DNA of 64,000 nt. It comes from Candidatus Deferrimicrobiaceae bacterium. Lineage in GTDB: Bacteria; Desulfobacterota; Deferrimicrobia; Deferrimicrobiales; Deferrimicrobiaceae. A program made the translations under genes and the position numbers. The DNA lies in the NCBI GenBank assembly GCA_963792415.1, contig CAWBVY010000001.1:192001-256000 (forward strand), read 5' to 3'. The notes below the pieces were generated by a model. The model saw only the letters and a list, made by a program, of their open reading frames with translations, was not told where the DNA came from and ran no database searches. This document shows positions 1-9,009 of the stretch, one piece after another (position 1 is the first letter of the stretch; the number at the start of each line of letters is the position of its first letter).

Positions 1-352
1 CCCTCTGAACGAACTTCTCCAATTCCTCGATGTAATGACGCGACAAACTGATCAGGTCTTCAGAGTGTCGTTGCGACGAACCGGCCTGGTCTTCAGCTCC
101 GGGCCAGTCAGCGAACCGATGCCGAAACGCTGTCTGACTGGTATAACTCAATACAACATTCCCGGCGATGGTCTTTTCATACCATTGTTGCCCCCCCTTC
201 GACTTTGATTCCTCCCGGGCATATTGGGTTACAGACTGGGCCGCCGCCAGGAACGCGCTCAAGTAGTATCGGAACGTCCCGCGGTCGTGTAACGACTCTT
301 CCATCTTAGCCAGAAAGAACTTTGCCTCCCCAATCTTGTATCGCTCGTTCAT
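1..352 (-). CDS. Hypothetical protein, 3'-partial (runs off the window's left edge)
   Basis: Manual translation from ATG at 352: MNERYKIGEAKFFLAKMEESLHDRGTFRYYLSAFLAAAQSVTQYAREESKSKGGQQWYE..., open to position 1. Absent from the ORF track because it has no stop in the window. GC is lower than the core genes. Confidence 0.65.
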   Translation of the reverse strand, partial: MNERYKIGEAKFFLAKMEESLHDRGTFRYYLSAFLAAAQSVTQYAREESKSKGGQQWYEKTIAGNVVLSYTSQTAFRHRFADWPGAEDQAGSSQRHSEDLISLSRHYIEELEKFVQR

Positions 353-587
353 CTCAATTCACGCCCCCCTATCGAGATAATTCCAACATCCCAACCGCTT
401 CCTCCACGGCCTCGAGAATCTGCTCCCCCGACATCGGGAACCGATTCGTCGGCGCACCCTCTGAAACTTTACGGCAGAACCGGGTGGAATCTTCAGGATG
501 TAATTGTTACTTCACCCCCCTCGGCATGGCACTTTCTGGTCGGTGTAGTGTGGGATATTGCTTACAAACCGAGGGTCGAGGGCACGT

Positions 588-632
588 TTCGTAATCGGCG
601 GGTCGTCGGTTCCATCCCGACCGCCGGCTCCA
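588..632 (+). mobile_element. 3' half of tRNA-Thr(CGT), probable integrase attachment-site (att) remnant
   Basis: TT-CGT-AA anticodon loop (CGT at 590-592), then TCGGC, variable loop GGGTC, T-arm GTCGG-TTCCATC-CCGAC, acceptor 3' strand CGCCGGC-T-CCA. No D-arm or 5' anticodon stem at the proper spacing. The T-loop reads TTCC instead of TTCG. Confidence 0.7.
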
Positions 633-829
633 TTCAGGCATGTTATTGCGTACGTAAAGGCGATCCCTTGGAAGGGATTGTTCCGGGAAAATTATTTCCC
701 ATTAAGGCTCTGCTTTTTCACGAATGACAACGACGGACCATATCATTCTTCTTTATAATGAACTACATGCATTCACACAGTCGATGGGTGCGAATATTGC
801 TGGAATGAACAGGATCGGGGGAGAGCGCG

Positions 830-1120
830 ATGAAAAAGATCCCGGACGACGATTGGTTGATGAAAGGATCTGCCTGGAACGAGGAGGAGTTGCTTCCAAT
901 AGCGTTGGGCAAGAAGCCGGAACAGGTACCGGTAAAAACCGTCATGGTCTACTGGATGGACAAGAAGAACATGCGGAAAGAGCCCATCGGGATCCTCATG
1001 GAGCGACGAAAATCAGAACGGGAAAACAACAACGCTATCGGCATGTTGCGCCTTGCTCGGAAATCATTCGCCAGAACGGAGGAAGAGGCTCAAAGGATTC
1101 TCATCGGAGATTTCGTTTGA
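830..1120 (+). CDS. Hypothetical protein (96 aa)
   Basis: ORF with GGGGAGAG RBS and protein-like composition; no family recognised. Confidence 0.6.
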   Translation: MKKIPDDDWLMKGSAWNEEELLPIALGKKPEQVPVKTVMVYWMDKKNMRKEPIGILMERRKSERENNNAIGMLRLARKSFARTEEEAQRILIGDFV

Positions 1121-1156
1121 TCTCCGCCCGTCGATCCGATCCCGCCCTCGGGCAGG

Positions 1157-1639
1157 TCAGATCGCCACCCGGACAGCGGTCGGCGAGAGGATCCGTGCCA
1201 GGTCCGAAGGGCGCATCCCCACAAGGAACCCGCGGCGCCCCCCATTGATGTAGATCTTCGACAGCCCGAGGATCGTCCCCTCCATGTAGATCGGCATCGG
1301 GTGCCTCGTCCCGAACGGCGAGATCCCCCCGACGATGTACCCCGAGTGCCTGTGCGCGGCCTCCGGAGAGCACGGCGTCACGCTCTTCGCGCCGATCGCA
1401 CGCGCGAGCTCCTTCGTCGACACCTCGCGGTCCCCGTGCATCAGGACGACCAGCGGCCTCTTCCGTTCGTCCTCCATGACGAGCGTCTTTACCACGCTGT
1501 GCTCGTCCACGCCGAGTTCCCGCGCGGAGACGGCCGTCCCGCCCTTCTCCTCGTAGTCGTACGGGTGCTCGGTGTACGAAACTCCGGCCGCCCGCAGGGC
1601 GCGGATCGCGGCAGTGACCGGCATCTTCTCCTTCGCCAC
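1157..1639 (-). CDS. ybaK: Cys-tRNA(Pro) deacylase, YbaK/EbsC family
   Basis: VVKTLV, GYIVGGISPFG and INGGRRG motifs. Confidence 0.9.
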   Translation of the reverse strand: MAKEKMPVTAAIRALRAAGVSYTEHPYDYEEKGGTAVSARELGVDEHSVVKTLVMEDERKRPLVVLMHGDREVSTKELARAIGAKSVTPCSPEAAHRHSGYIVGGISPFGTRHPMPIYMEGTILGLSKIYINGGRRGFLVGMRPSDLARILSPTAVRVAI

Positions 1640-1743
1640 CGTGCGCGATCCCCCTCTCTTCCCGGACCGTCCTGTTGCGATGCCCCTGGGTGCGATCCAT
1701 TGTATTATACGCGCGGAGGCGAAGACGGACGGGAGGGTTCCTC

Positions 1744-2562
1744 ATGGGCACGTTGAACGGGAAGACGCTCTTCATCACGGGGGCAAGCCGGGGGATCGGC
1801 CTGGCGATCGCGCTGCGGGCGGCGGCGGACGGCGCGAACGTCGTCGTCGCGGCCAAGACGGCGGAGGCGAACCCGAAACTTCCCGGCACCATCTACACGG
1901 CGGCCAGGGAGATCGAGCAGGCCGGCGGGAAAGCCCTCCCGCTCCAGGTCGACATCCGGTTCGAGGAGCAGCTCGCCGCGGCGGCGGCGAAGGCGGCGGA
2001 CACGTTCGGCGGCATCGACATCCTGGTGAACAACGCGAGCGCGATCAGCCTGACGGGAACGCTGCAGACCCCGATGAAGCGGTTCGACCTGATGTTCGGG
2101 GTGAATGTCCGGGGAACCTACGCCGCGTCGCAGGCGGTCCTGCCGTACCTCCTGAAGGCGAAAAACCCCCATATCCTCACCCTGAGCCCCCCCCTTTCCA
2201 TGGATCCGAAGTGGTTCGGGAACCATTGCGCCTACACGATGGCGAAGTACGGGATGAGCATGTGCGTCCTGGGGATGGCGGAAGAGTTCCGGGAGGCCGG
2301 CGTTGCGGTGAACGCCCTGTGGCCGAGGACGGTGATCGCCACCGCGGCACTGGCGATGATCCCCGGCGTCGAGTTCAGGAATTGCCGCAAGCCGGAGATC
2401 GTCGCCGACGCGGCGCACGGGATCCTCACGCGCGACAGCCGGGCGTGCACCGGCAACTTCTTCCTCGACGAGGAGGTGCTCGCCGCCGAGGGGGTGACGG
2501 ACCTCTCGGGCTACGCCGTCGAGCCGGGGGCTCCGCTCCTCCCCGACCTCTTCCTCGGCTGA
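1744..2562 (+). CDS. SDR family NAD(P)-dependent oxidoreductase (HSDL2/AtuG-like)
   Basis: TGASRGIG, NNASAI, YTMAK catalytic motif, NALWPRT. Start moved to ATG 1744 after the GGAGGG RBS. Confidence 0.9.
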   Translation: MGTLNGKTLFITGASRGIGLAIALRAAADGANVVVAAKTAEANPKLPGTIYTAAREIEQAGGKALPLQVDIRFEEQLAAAAAKAADTFGGIDILVNNASAISLTGTLQTPMKRFDLMFGVNVRGTYAASQAVLPYLLKAKNPHILTLSPPLSMDPKWFGNHCAYTMAKYGMSMCVLGMAEEFREAGVAVNALWPRTVIATAALAMIPGVEFRNCRKPEIVADAAHGILTRDSRACTGNFFLDEEVLAAEGVTDLSGYAVEPGAPLLPDLFLG

Positions 2563-2580
2563 AGGGAGGTCGGAGGCAGT

Positions 2581-2985
2581 TTACTTCCTCCCCTTCTCCT
2601 GCAGGAATTCGCCGAGCGCCTTGTCGACTTTCCCGATGTGGTTGACCAGCCAGTCGCCCATGTAGCGGCCCATCTTGTCGGCCAGTTCGGGGGTGGCGCC
2701 CTTGTCGTCGTACTCGTCCCTCAGGTCGTAGAAGTCGTTGATGAACGCCACGTGCGCCCCCTTGTGGGAAGGGAACCCCGGGTAGGAGAGGCGGCGCATG
2801 TAGATCTCTTCCAGCCCGAAATGGTTGGTGACGTAGTCCTCGAGGTAGTCCAGAACCTTCACCAGGTCGTGCGCGGCGGGTTTCCCTTCCTCCCGCAACA
2901 GCGAGTTGATCGCGGCGAAAAGTTCCCGGTGCTGGGCGTCGATGGTGTCCACCCCCACCGACCATCGTTCCGTCCACTCGAACAA
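2581..2985 (-). CDS. Bacteriohemerythrin (single-domain hemerythrin)
   Basis: IDAQH, HFGLEE, HKGAH and NHIGKVD di-iron ligand pattern. Confidence 0.9.
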   Translation of the reverse strand: MFEWTERWSVGVDTIDAQHRELFAAINSLLREEGKPAAHDLVKVLDYLEDYVTNHFGLEEIYMRRLSYPGFPSHKGAHVAFINDFYDLRDEYDDKGATPELADKMGRYMGDWLVNHIGKVDKALGEFLQEKGRK

Positions 2986-2997
2986 GATCGCCTCCGG

Positions 2998-3222
2998 TTA
3001 TCCGGCCGCCGGAGAGGAGGGGTATCCCTCCTCCGCGGTCGCCTTCAACAGCATCTCCACGGTCGTCCTCGAGGGATCGCAGGCGACCACCGCGCGCGGA
3101 GGGGACAGGGTCACCTCGACCGCCTCCACCCCGGGTACCGCTCCGAGCGCTTTCTTCACCGCGGCGACGCAATGGCCGCATGTCATCCCCGTGATCGCCA
3201 GCGCCACATGTCCTCTCTCCAT
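2998..3222 (-). CDS. Heavy-metal-associated (HMA/CopZ-like) metal chaperone
   Basis: GMTCGHC motif in a 74-aa protein. Confidence 0.88.
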   Translation of the reverse strand: MERGHVALAITGMTCGHCVAAVKKALGAVPGVEAVEVTLSPPRAVVACDPSRTTVEMLLKATAEEGYPSSPAAG

Positions 3223-3290
3223 CGCCTCTCACCTTCCCTGTCCGCCGGTGATGTCCGGATATCCGGACATTATATAGTAGACTGCTGACG

Positions 3291-4784
3291 ATGATGGAGA
3301 ACGGGACGATACTTGTAACCGGGGCCACCGGCTACGTGGGAGCGCGCCTGGTGACCCGCCTGCTCGCGAAAGGATACCGGGTTCGCGCCACCGGCCGTTC
3401 CCTCGCCCGCCTGCGGAAGCGCCCCTGGGCGGACCATTCCGCCGTGGAACTCCTCCCGGCCGACGTGACCGACGCCGCGTCGATCGCGAAGGCGTGCGAG
3501 GGGTGCGCGGCGGCGTACTACCTCGTCCACTCCATGATGCCGGGGGAGGGGAAATTCGAGGAGGTGGACCGGGAAGCGGCGCGAAACATGGCGCGGGCCG
3601 CCGGGGAGGCAGGCCTTTCGCGGCTGATCTACCTGGGCGGACTGGGGGAGGAGAACCCGTCCCTGAGCCGCCACCTCCGTTCCCGCGCGGAGGTCGCGGA
3701 GATTCTCGCCGCGGGGAAGACCCCCGTCACGATCCTGCGCGCCGCCATGATCCTCGGGGCGGGCTCCGCATCCTTCGAAATCCTGCGCTACCTGGTGGAC
3801 CGTCTCCCCGTGATGATCACCCCGAAATGGGTGCACACCGAGTGCCAGCCGATCGGCATCCGGAACGTCCTCGACTACCTCGTCGGTTGCCTGGAGACGC
3901 CCGCCACGGCCGGCGGCACCTTCGACATCGGGGGCCCGGAGGTCGTCACCTACCGGGAGCTGATGCGCATCTATGCGGAGGAGGCCGGGCTTCCGTCCCG
4001 TCTCGTGATCCCGGTCCCGGTCCTGTCCCCCCGCCTTAGCTCCTACTGGATCCACCTCGTCACTCCCGTGCACGCGGAGGTCGCCCGGCCCCTGGCCGAG
4101 GGGCTTTCCAACCGTGTGGTCTGCCGGGACAACCGTATACTGGACCTGATCCCCGTGGAACGCTCCACATGCCGGGAGGCGATTCACGGGGCACGGGGGC
4201 CGAGGAACTTCCGGTTCCTGGAGGCGGAACAGCCCCCGGGGTGGGTCCCCTGGGAGACGTACCGGTACCCCGACGATCCGCCGTGGGCGGGGGGGACGTT
4301 CTACCGGGACACCCGACGGCTCTCCGTCCGCGCGACGCCGGCGGAGGTCTGGGAGCAGATCGAGGCCCTGGGCGGACAGAACGGCTGGTACAGCGCGGAC
4401 TGGCTCTGGTCCCTGCGCGGCACCCTGGACCGGCTGTGCGGCGGGATCGGCATGCGAAGGGGAAACCGGAAAGGGGAACCTCTCTCCCGCGGCGCGGAGG
4501 TCGACTTCTGGCGCGTGGTCTCGGTGACGCCGCGACGGGAGTTGCGGCTGCTGGCGGAGATGAAACTTCCGGGAGAGGGAGTTCTTTCCTTCCGGCTGCG
4601 GGAGACGGACCCCGGAACCACCCAGCTGACCCAGACCGCCCAGTTCCTTCCCCGCGGCCTTGGGGGGATCGTGTACTGGAGGCTCGTCGCCCCCTTCCAC
4701 CGGTTCGTCTTCCCCGGCCTCATCCGCGAGATCGCCCGGCGCACGGGGAAGCGGATCGTCTCCGGGCCGGAGCAGGTCCGATGA
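3291..4784 (+). CDS. Atypical SDR/NAD(P)-binding protein with C-terminal DUF2867 (YbjT-like)
   Basis: TGATGYVG, YYLVHSM, SASFEILRYL; C-terminal GGQNGWY, DFWRV and AEMKLPG. Confidence 0.88.
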   Translation: MMENGTILVTGATGYVGARLVTRLLAKGYRVRATGRSLARLRKRPWADHSAVELLPADVTDAASIAKACEGCAAAYYLVHSMMPGEGKFEEVDREAARNMARAAGEAGLSRLIYLGGLGEENPSLSRHLRSRAEVAEILAAGKTPVTILRAAMILGAGSASFEILRYLVDRLPVMITPKWVHTECQPIGIRNVLDYLVGCLETPATAGGTFDIGGPEVVTYRELMRIYAEEAGLPSRLVIPVPVLSPRLSSYWIHLVTPVHAEVARPLAEGLSNRVVCRDNRILDLIPVERSTCREAIHGARGPRNFRFLEAEQPPGWVPWETYRYPDDPPWAGGTFYRDTRRLSVRATPAEVWEQIEALGGQNGWYSADWLWSLRGTLDRLCGGIGMRRGNRKGEPLSRGAEVDFWRVVSVTPRRELRLLAEMKLPGEGVLSFRLRETDPGTTQLTQTAQFLPRGLGGIVYWRLVAPFHRFVFPGLIREIARRTGKRIVSGPEQVR

Positions 4785-4830
4785 TTGCTGTTTTCACAAC
4801 TCCATTCCTGGGATACGATATGGACCGGAA

Positions 4831-4845
4831 GGCACCCGGGGTGCC
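4831..4845 (+). promoter_or_regulatory. Palindrome GGCACC-CGG-GGTGCC, also fits a weak GG-N10-GC sigma54-like pattern
   Basis: Seen directly, 27 nt upstream of the GTG at 4872. It departs from the TGGCAC-N5-TTGC consensus. Confidence 0.2.
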
Positions 4846-4871
4846 CCTATAAGTCGGATTTGGGAGGCCGC

Positions 4872-6641
4872 GTGAGTTCGAATCCCCCCAGCATCTCTCC
4901 CCACGCACCCGAAAAGAACGGCTTGTTCCTCGACGACGGTTCCCGTGTCGCCGTGATCGGCGGCGGACCCGCGGGCTCCCTCTTCACCTATTTCCTCTTC
5001 GAGATGGCGGAGCGGATCGGGATGGAACTGGCCGTGGACATCTACGAACCCAGGGACTTCACGAAAAACGCCCCGAGCGGGTGCAACATGTGCGGGGGCA
5101 TCGTCTCCGAATCGCTCGTCCAGTTGCTGGCCACCGAGGGGATCAACCTCCCTTCCAGCGTCGTGCAGCGGGGGATCGACTCGTACGTCCTCCACATGGA
5201 CGTGGGGACCGTGCGGATCGAGCCGACGCGCCGGGAAAAACGGATCGCCGCCGTCTACCGCGGCGGGGGCCCGCGCGGAGTCGTCGAGTCCCGCTGGGAC
5301 AGCTTCGATGCGCACCTCCTCAAACTTGCGAAGGAGCGGGGGGCGCACGTTTATCAGGAACGCGTTGAGGGGATCGACCGGAACGGCGGGAAGCCGCGCA
5401 TCACGACGAAAAAGGGGACCTCCCCGGAATACGAGCTCCTCGTCGGCGCGGTGGGCGTGAACACGGGCGCCCTCAAACTCTTCGAAGAGATGGGCGCGGG
5501 CTATCGGGCTCCCGGGCTGACGAAGACGTACATCTGCGAGTTGTTTCTCGGAGAGAGGACGATCAAGACGTACTTCGGAAACGCGATGCACATGTTCCTC
5601 CTCAACCTCCCCCGCCTCGAATTCGCCGCGCTGATCCCGAAGGGGGATTACGTGACGATGGTGATGCTGGGCACCGGGATCGACAAATCCCTCGTCGATG
5701 CGTTTTTCTCGGCCCCGGAAGTGCGCAAGTGCTTCCCCTCCGACTGGTCCCCGCCGGCTGATTTCTGCCGCTGCTCCCCCGCCATCAACATCTCGGCGGC
5801 GGTCAAGCCGTTCGCCGACCGGATGGTGCTCATCGGCGACAGCGGCGTGAGCCGTCTCTACAAGGACGGGATCGGCGGGGCGTACCGGACCGCGAAGGCG
5901 GCCGCGAGAACGGCGGTGTTCGAAGGGGTGGCGGAGGAGGATTTCCGGAAAGGCTACCTCCCCGTCTGCCGGTCGCTCTCGGTGGACAACGGGATCGGGA
6001 AGGTCGTCTTCGGGATCACGACCCTGATCCAGAAAACGACCGTGCTCCGGAAGGGGCTGTTGCGGATGACCGCGGCGGAACAGGATGGAAGCCAGTGGAA
6101 ACCACGGATGAGCGACGTCCTGTGGGACACCTTCACGGGGAGCGCCCCGTACAAGGATGTCTTCCGCCGGTCGCTCCACCCCGTTTTTCTCGGACACCTT
6201 TTCTACGAAACGTTGACGGGAATGCTCCCCGCGGGCCGGGAGGGCGGGAAGAAGGAGGACAAGGTGCCATTCGGAAAGACGGGCGAACTGGGCAAGATCT
6301 ACAATTCGGGGGAAATCATCGTCCGGCAGGGGGACGCCGGCGAGTGCATGTACTTCATCCAGTCCGGCAACGTCGAAGTGATCCACGAGAGCGACGGAAA
6401 GGAAGTGAAGCTCGCCGAGCTGGGGCACGGGGAGTTCTTCGGGGAGATGGCCCTCTTCGAGAAGGGGGTCCGCTCCGCCACCGTCCGCCCGCTGGGCGAA
6501 GTGCGGGTCCTCTCCGTCGACAAGCGGCTGTTCCTCCGGAAGATCCACGAGGACCCTGCGCTGGCCTTCCGCATCATGCAGAAGATGTCCCGCCGGATCC
6601 GGGACCTCGACAAGGAACTGGGGAATCTGCGTTCGGAGTGA
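4872..6641 (+). CDS. FAD-dependent oxidoreductase (geranylgeranyl reductase-like) fused to a C-terminal cyclic-nucleotide-binding domain
   Basis: VAVIGGGPAG, CNMCGG and LIGDSG flavin motifs; C-terminal FFGEMAL...RSATV phosphate-binding cassette. GTG start after a GGAGG RBS. Confidence 0.85.
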   Translation: MSSNPPSISPHAPEKNGLFLDDGSRVAVIGGGPAGSLFTYFLFEMAERIGMELAVDIYEPRDFTKNAPSGCNMCGGIVSESLVQLLATEGINLPSSVVQRGIDSYVLHMDVGTVRIEPTRREKRIAAVYRGGGPRGVVESRWDSFDAHLLKLAKERGAHVYQERVEGIDRNGGKPRITTKKGTSPEYELLVGAVGVNTGALKLFEEMGAGYRAPGLTKTYICELFLGERTIKTYFGNAMHMFLLNLPRLEFAALIPKGDYVTMVMLGTGIDKSLVDAFFSAPEVRKCFPSDWSPPADFCRCSPAINISAAVKPFADRMVLIGDSGVSRLYKDGIGGAYRTAKAAARTAVFEGVAEEDFRKGYLPVCRSLSVDNGIGKVVFGITTLIQKTTVLRKGLLRMTAAEQDGSQWKPRMSDVLWDTFTGSAPYKDVFRRSLHPVFLGHLFYETLTGMLPAGREGGKKEDKVPFGKTGELGKIYNSGEIIVRQGDAGECMYFIQSGNVEVIHESDGKEVKLAELGHGEFFGEMALFEKGVRSATVRPLGEVRVLSVDKRLFLRKIHEDPALAFRIMQKMSRRIRDLDKELGNLRSE

Positions 6642-6683
6642 TCCACCCGCTCGAGCGACGGACAGGAAAGGAGGGTCTCGAAG

Positions 6684-7451
6684 TTGAGATTAAAGGTATT
6701 GGGCGCCGCCGGTTCCGAGGTCCCCGGGCACAACTGCCCGGCGTTCCTGATCGACGAGAAGATCCTCCTGGACGCGGGGACGATCGCCCTGTCCCTGAAC
6801 ATCCGCGAGGAGCACAGCCTGGGGTGGATCCTCCTCACGCACGCCCACCTCGACCACATCAAGGGGATCCCGTTCCTGCTCGACAACCTGGTGACCCGCA
6901 GCACCGGGAACACCATCACCGTCGCCAGCGGGAAGGACGTCCTGAACGACCTGAAGAAGAACATCTTCAACGACAGGATCTGGCCCGACTTCTCCCGGAT
7001 CCCGACGCGCGCACACCCGGTGCTGCGGTACAAGAACATCGGTACCACGCGGCCCTTCCAGATCGACGGGTACCGGATCACGATGGAGAAGGTCCACCAC
7101 ACCGTCCCGGCGTACGGGTACATCGTAGAGAAGCCGGGGAACAAGGCAATCGCCTACACGGGCGACACGGGGCCGACCGACCGCTTCTGGGAGAGGATGG
7201 CCGCCCACGACGTGAAGTACCTCATCACGGAGACCTCCTTCCCCAACCGGCTGGAGAAGCTCGCCCTGACGACCGGCCACCTGACCCCCTCCCTGCTTAA
7301 GGGGGAGATCGCGAAGATGTCCCCGCCGCCGGAGAAGATCTTCATCATGCACCTGAAGCCGCAGTTCCTGAATGAGATCGAGATGGAGATCCGGGCGCTC
7401 GATCACGACAACATCGAGTTCCTGAAGGACGGAGAAGTGATCCTGGCCTAG
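6684..7451 (+). CDS. Class II 3',5'-cyclic-nucleotide phosphodiesterase (metallo-beta-lactamase fold)
   Basis: THAHLDH, NIFNDRIWPDF, HHTVP, YTGDTG, GHLTP and MHLKP motifs; TTG start after an AGGAGG RBS. Confidence 0.88.
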   Translation: MRLKVLGAAGSEVPGHNCPAFLIDEKILLDAGTIALSLNIREEHSLGWILLTHAHLDHIKGIPFLLDNLVTRSTGNTITVASGKDVLNDLKKNIFNDRIWPDFSRIPTRAHPVLRYKNIGTTRPFQIDGYRITMEKVHHTVPAYGYIVEKPGNKAIAYTGDTGPTDRFWERMAAHDVKYLITETSFPNRLEKLALTTGHLTPSLLKGEIAKMSPPPEKIFIMHLKPQFLNEIEMEIRALDHDNIEFLKDGEVILA

Positions 7452-7458
7452 CCCGCCG

Positions 7459-8943
7459 TCAGGAGATCCCGAAGAATCTCATCAACTTCCGGAGGAGCGC
7501 GTCGTGGAGGGACGACGCTTCGTCGGCAACCTTGCGGACCTGCTGCACGGTCAGGATCTTCTGGAGGCGGTCCCCCAGCGCGGAACTCAAGCCCTCCAGG
7601 ACGGACGGGTGCGAACGGATGATCGGAGCGATGGCACCCTTCGAAATCTCGGCGAGCCAGACCTCGTCGACCGCGGCGACCGTCGCGCGGCGCTTCTCCC
7701 CGGTGAGGAGCGACATCTCCCCGAAGAAATCGCCCCCGGACAACGATCCGACCGTCTGCCCGTCCACGGAAACCTCGAGGTTCCCGCACAGGTTGATGAA
7801 GAGGGAGTCCCCCTCCTCGCCCTGGCGCACGACGATCTCCCTGTTTCCGTAGACGCGCAGCCGGACGTGCGGCAAGAGGGCGTCCAGTTCCTCCTCGCCC
7901 AGGGGGGAAAGGATCTCGGCCCGGCGGAGGCTCCCGCGGATCGCGGCGGCGTCCATCCGGAACGGCGGGGCCGGCTCCTTCCGCACGATCTCCCGGTGCG
8001 GGTACGGGAACGTCTGCCCCTCGCGCGTGACGGCGTACCAGACGCGCCGCAGGACCTTGTCGCGGGCCTCGAGGAGGTTCGCGTACTCCTCGAGGTAGAA
8101 GCGCAGGTTGTAGTGGATGCCGCTGTCCATGAACCCGTCGACCTTCACCCAGGGCGCCGGCGTCGACAGGATCCCCGGCTCGTCCCGGAGGGCGTCGAGC
8201 AGGATCGCCTTCGCCCGTTCGGGGGGGAACGCGTAATCGAGGAGGACCGTGAGGGTGACCGGCGGAGGCGCACCCGGACGGCTCCCGATGGAGTGCACCA
8301 CGTTCTGCGTCATGTAAAGGTTCGGGACGTGGACCAGGTGACCCTCCAGGGTCCGGACCGTGGAGTACCGGAACCCCACGTTGACGATCTCGCCCGTGAT
8401 GTCCTTTTCCTTGATCCAGACCCACGTGCCGCGCCGGAACGCTTCGTCGGCCTGGATCTGGAAGCCGGAGACGATGTTGGCCAGCGAGGTCTGCATCGCG
8501 AACGCGAGGGCGGCGGTGAGCACCGTGGTCGTCGTGAGGATCGACGTCATGTTGATTTCGAAGATCACGCGCAGGGCGGTCGCGCCGAAAAACAGGTACA
8601 CGCCCAGCAGGAGAATGTCCCGGAGGAACGACGGGACATTCCCCTTCATCCGGCGGTGAAGATAGGTGTCCACGAGCAGGTAGGCGACCAGGTTCGCCCA
8701 GCAGAAGAGCATGATCAGCCCGTGAATCTCCAGTATGTAGGGGGTGTATTCCACCGGGACCTTGAAGGGTCCCACGACGTACGCAAGAAAGATCCCGAAA
8801 AGGGCCGCCTTGATCGTCAACCAGACCTTGGACATGGAAAGGTCCATCCGCGTCACGGCGCGGACGGCGGCGATCAGGAGGAAGAACGCGAGGGGGACCA
8901 GCAGCAGGAGGGTCTCGTTGGACAGTAGGAATTTGAACGTCAT
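7459..8943 (-). CDS. MscS-family mechanosensitive channel with C-terminal cNMP-binding domain
   Basis: N-terminal TM helices, AFAMQTSLANIVSG, GEIVNVGFRYSTVRT, VPN, FPYPHR, then FFGEMSLLTGEKRRATV. Start taken at ATG 8943. Confidence 0.88.
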   Translation of the reverse strand: MTFKFLLSNETLLLLVPLAFFLLIAAVRAVTRMDLSMSKVWLTIKAALFGIFLAYVVGPFKVPVEYTPYILEIHGLIMLFCWANLVAYLLVDTYLHRRMKGNVPSFLRDILLLGVYLFFGATALRVIFEINMTSILTTTTVLTAALAFAMQTSLANIVSGFQIQADEAFRRGTWVWIKEKDITGEIVNVGFRYSTVRTLEGHLVHVPNLYMTQNVVHSIGSRPGAPPPVTLTVLLDYAFPPERAKAILLDALRDEPGILSTPAPWVKVDGFMDSGIHYNLRFYLEEYANLLEARDKVLRRVWYAVTREGQTFPYPHREIVRKEPAPPFRMDAAAIRGSLRRAEILSPLGEEELDALLPHVRLRVYGNREIVVRQGEEGDSLFINLCGNLEVSVDGQTVGSLSGGDFFGEMSLLTGEKRRATVAAVDEVWLAEISKGAIAPIIRSHPSVLEGLSSALGDRLQKILTVQQVRKVADEASSLHDALLRKLMRFFGIS

Positions 8944-9009
8944 GGCCCGATCCGCTTCTCCAGGGGTGGTGCAGGAATTGTCCGTCATCCGGATGGAGGA
9001 AAGCAAGGC

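Noticed and set aside
539-632. Intact tRNA-Thr gene
   Set aside because: No D-arm or 5' anticodon stem at the correct spacing and a mutated T-loop; kept only as a 3' fragment.
4783-4798. CRP-like site (TCACA half) upstream of the flavoenzyme-cNMP gene
   Set aside because: The left half-site (GATTG) does not match TGTGA; no convincing CRP box was found in the locus.
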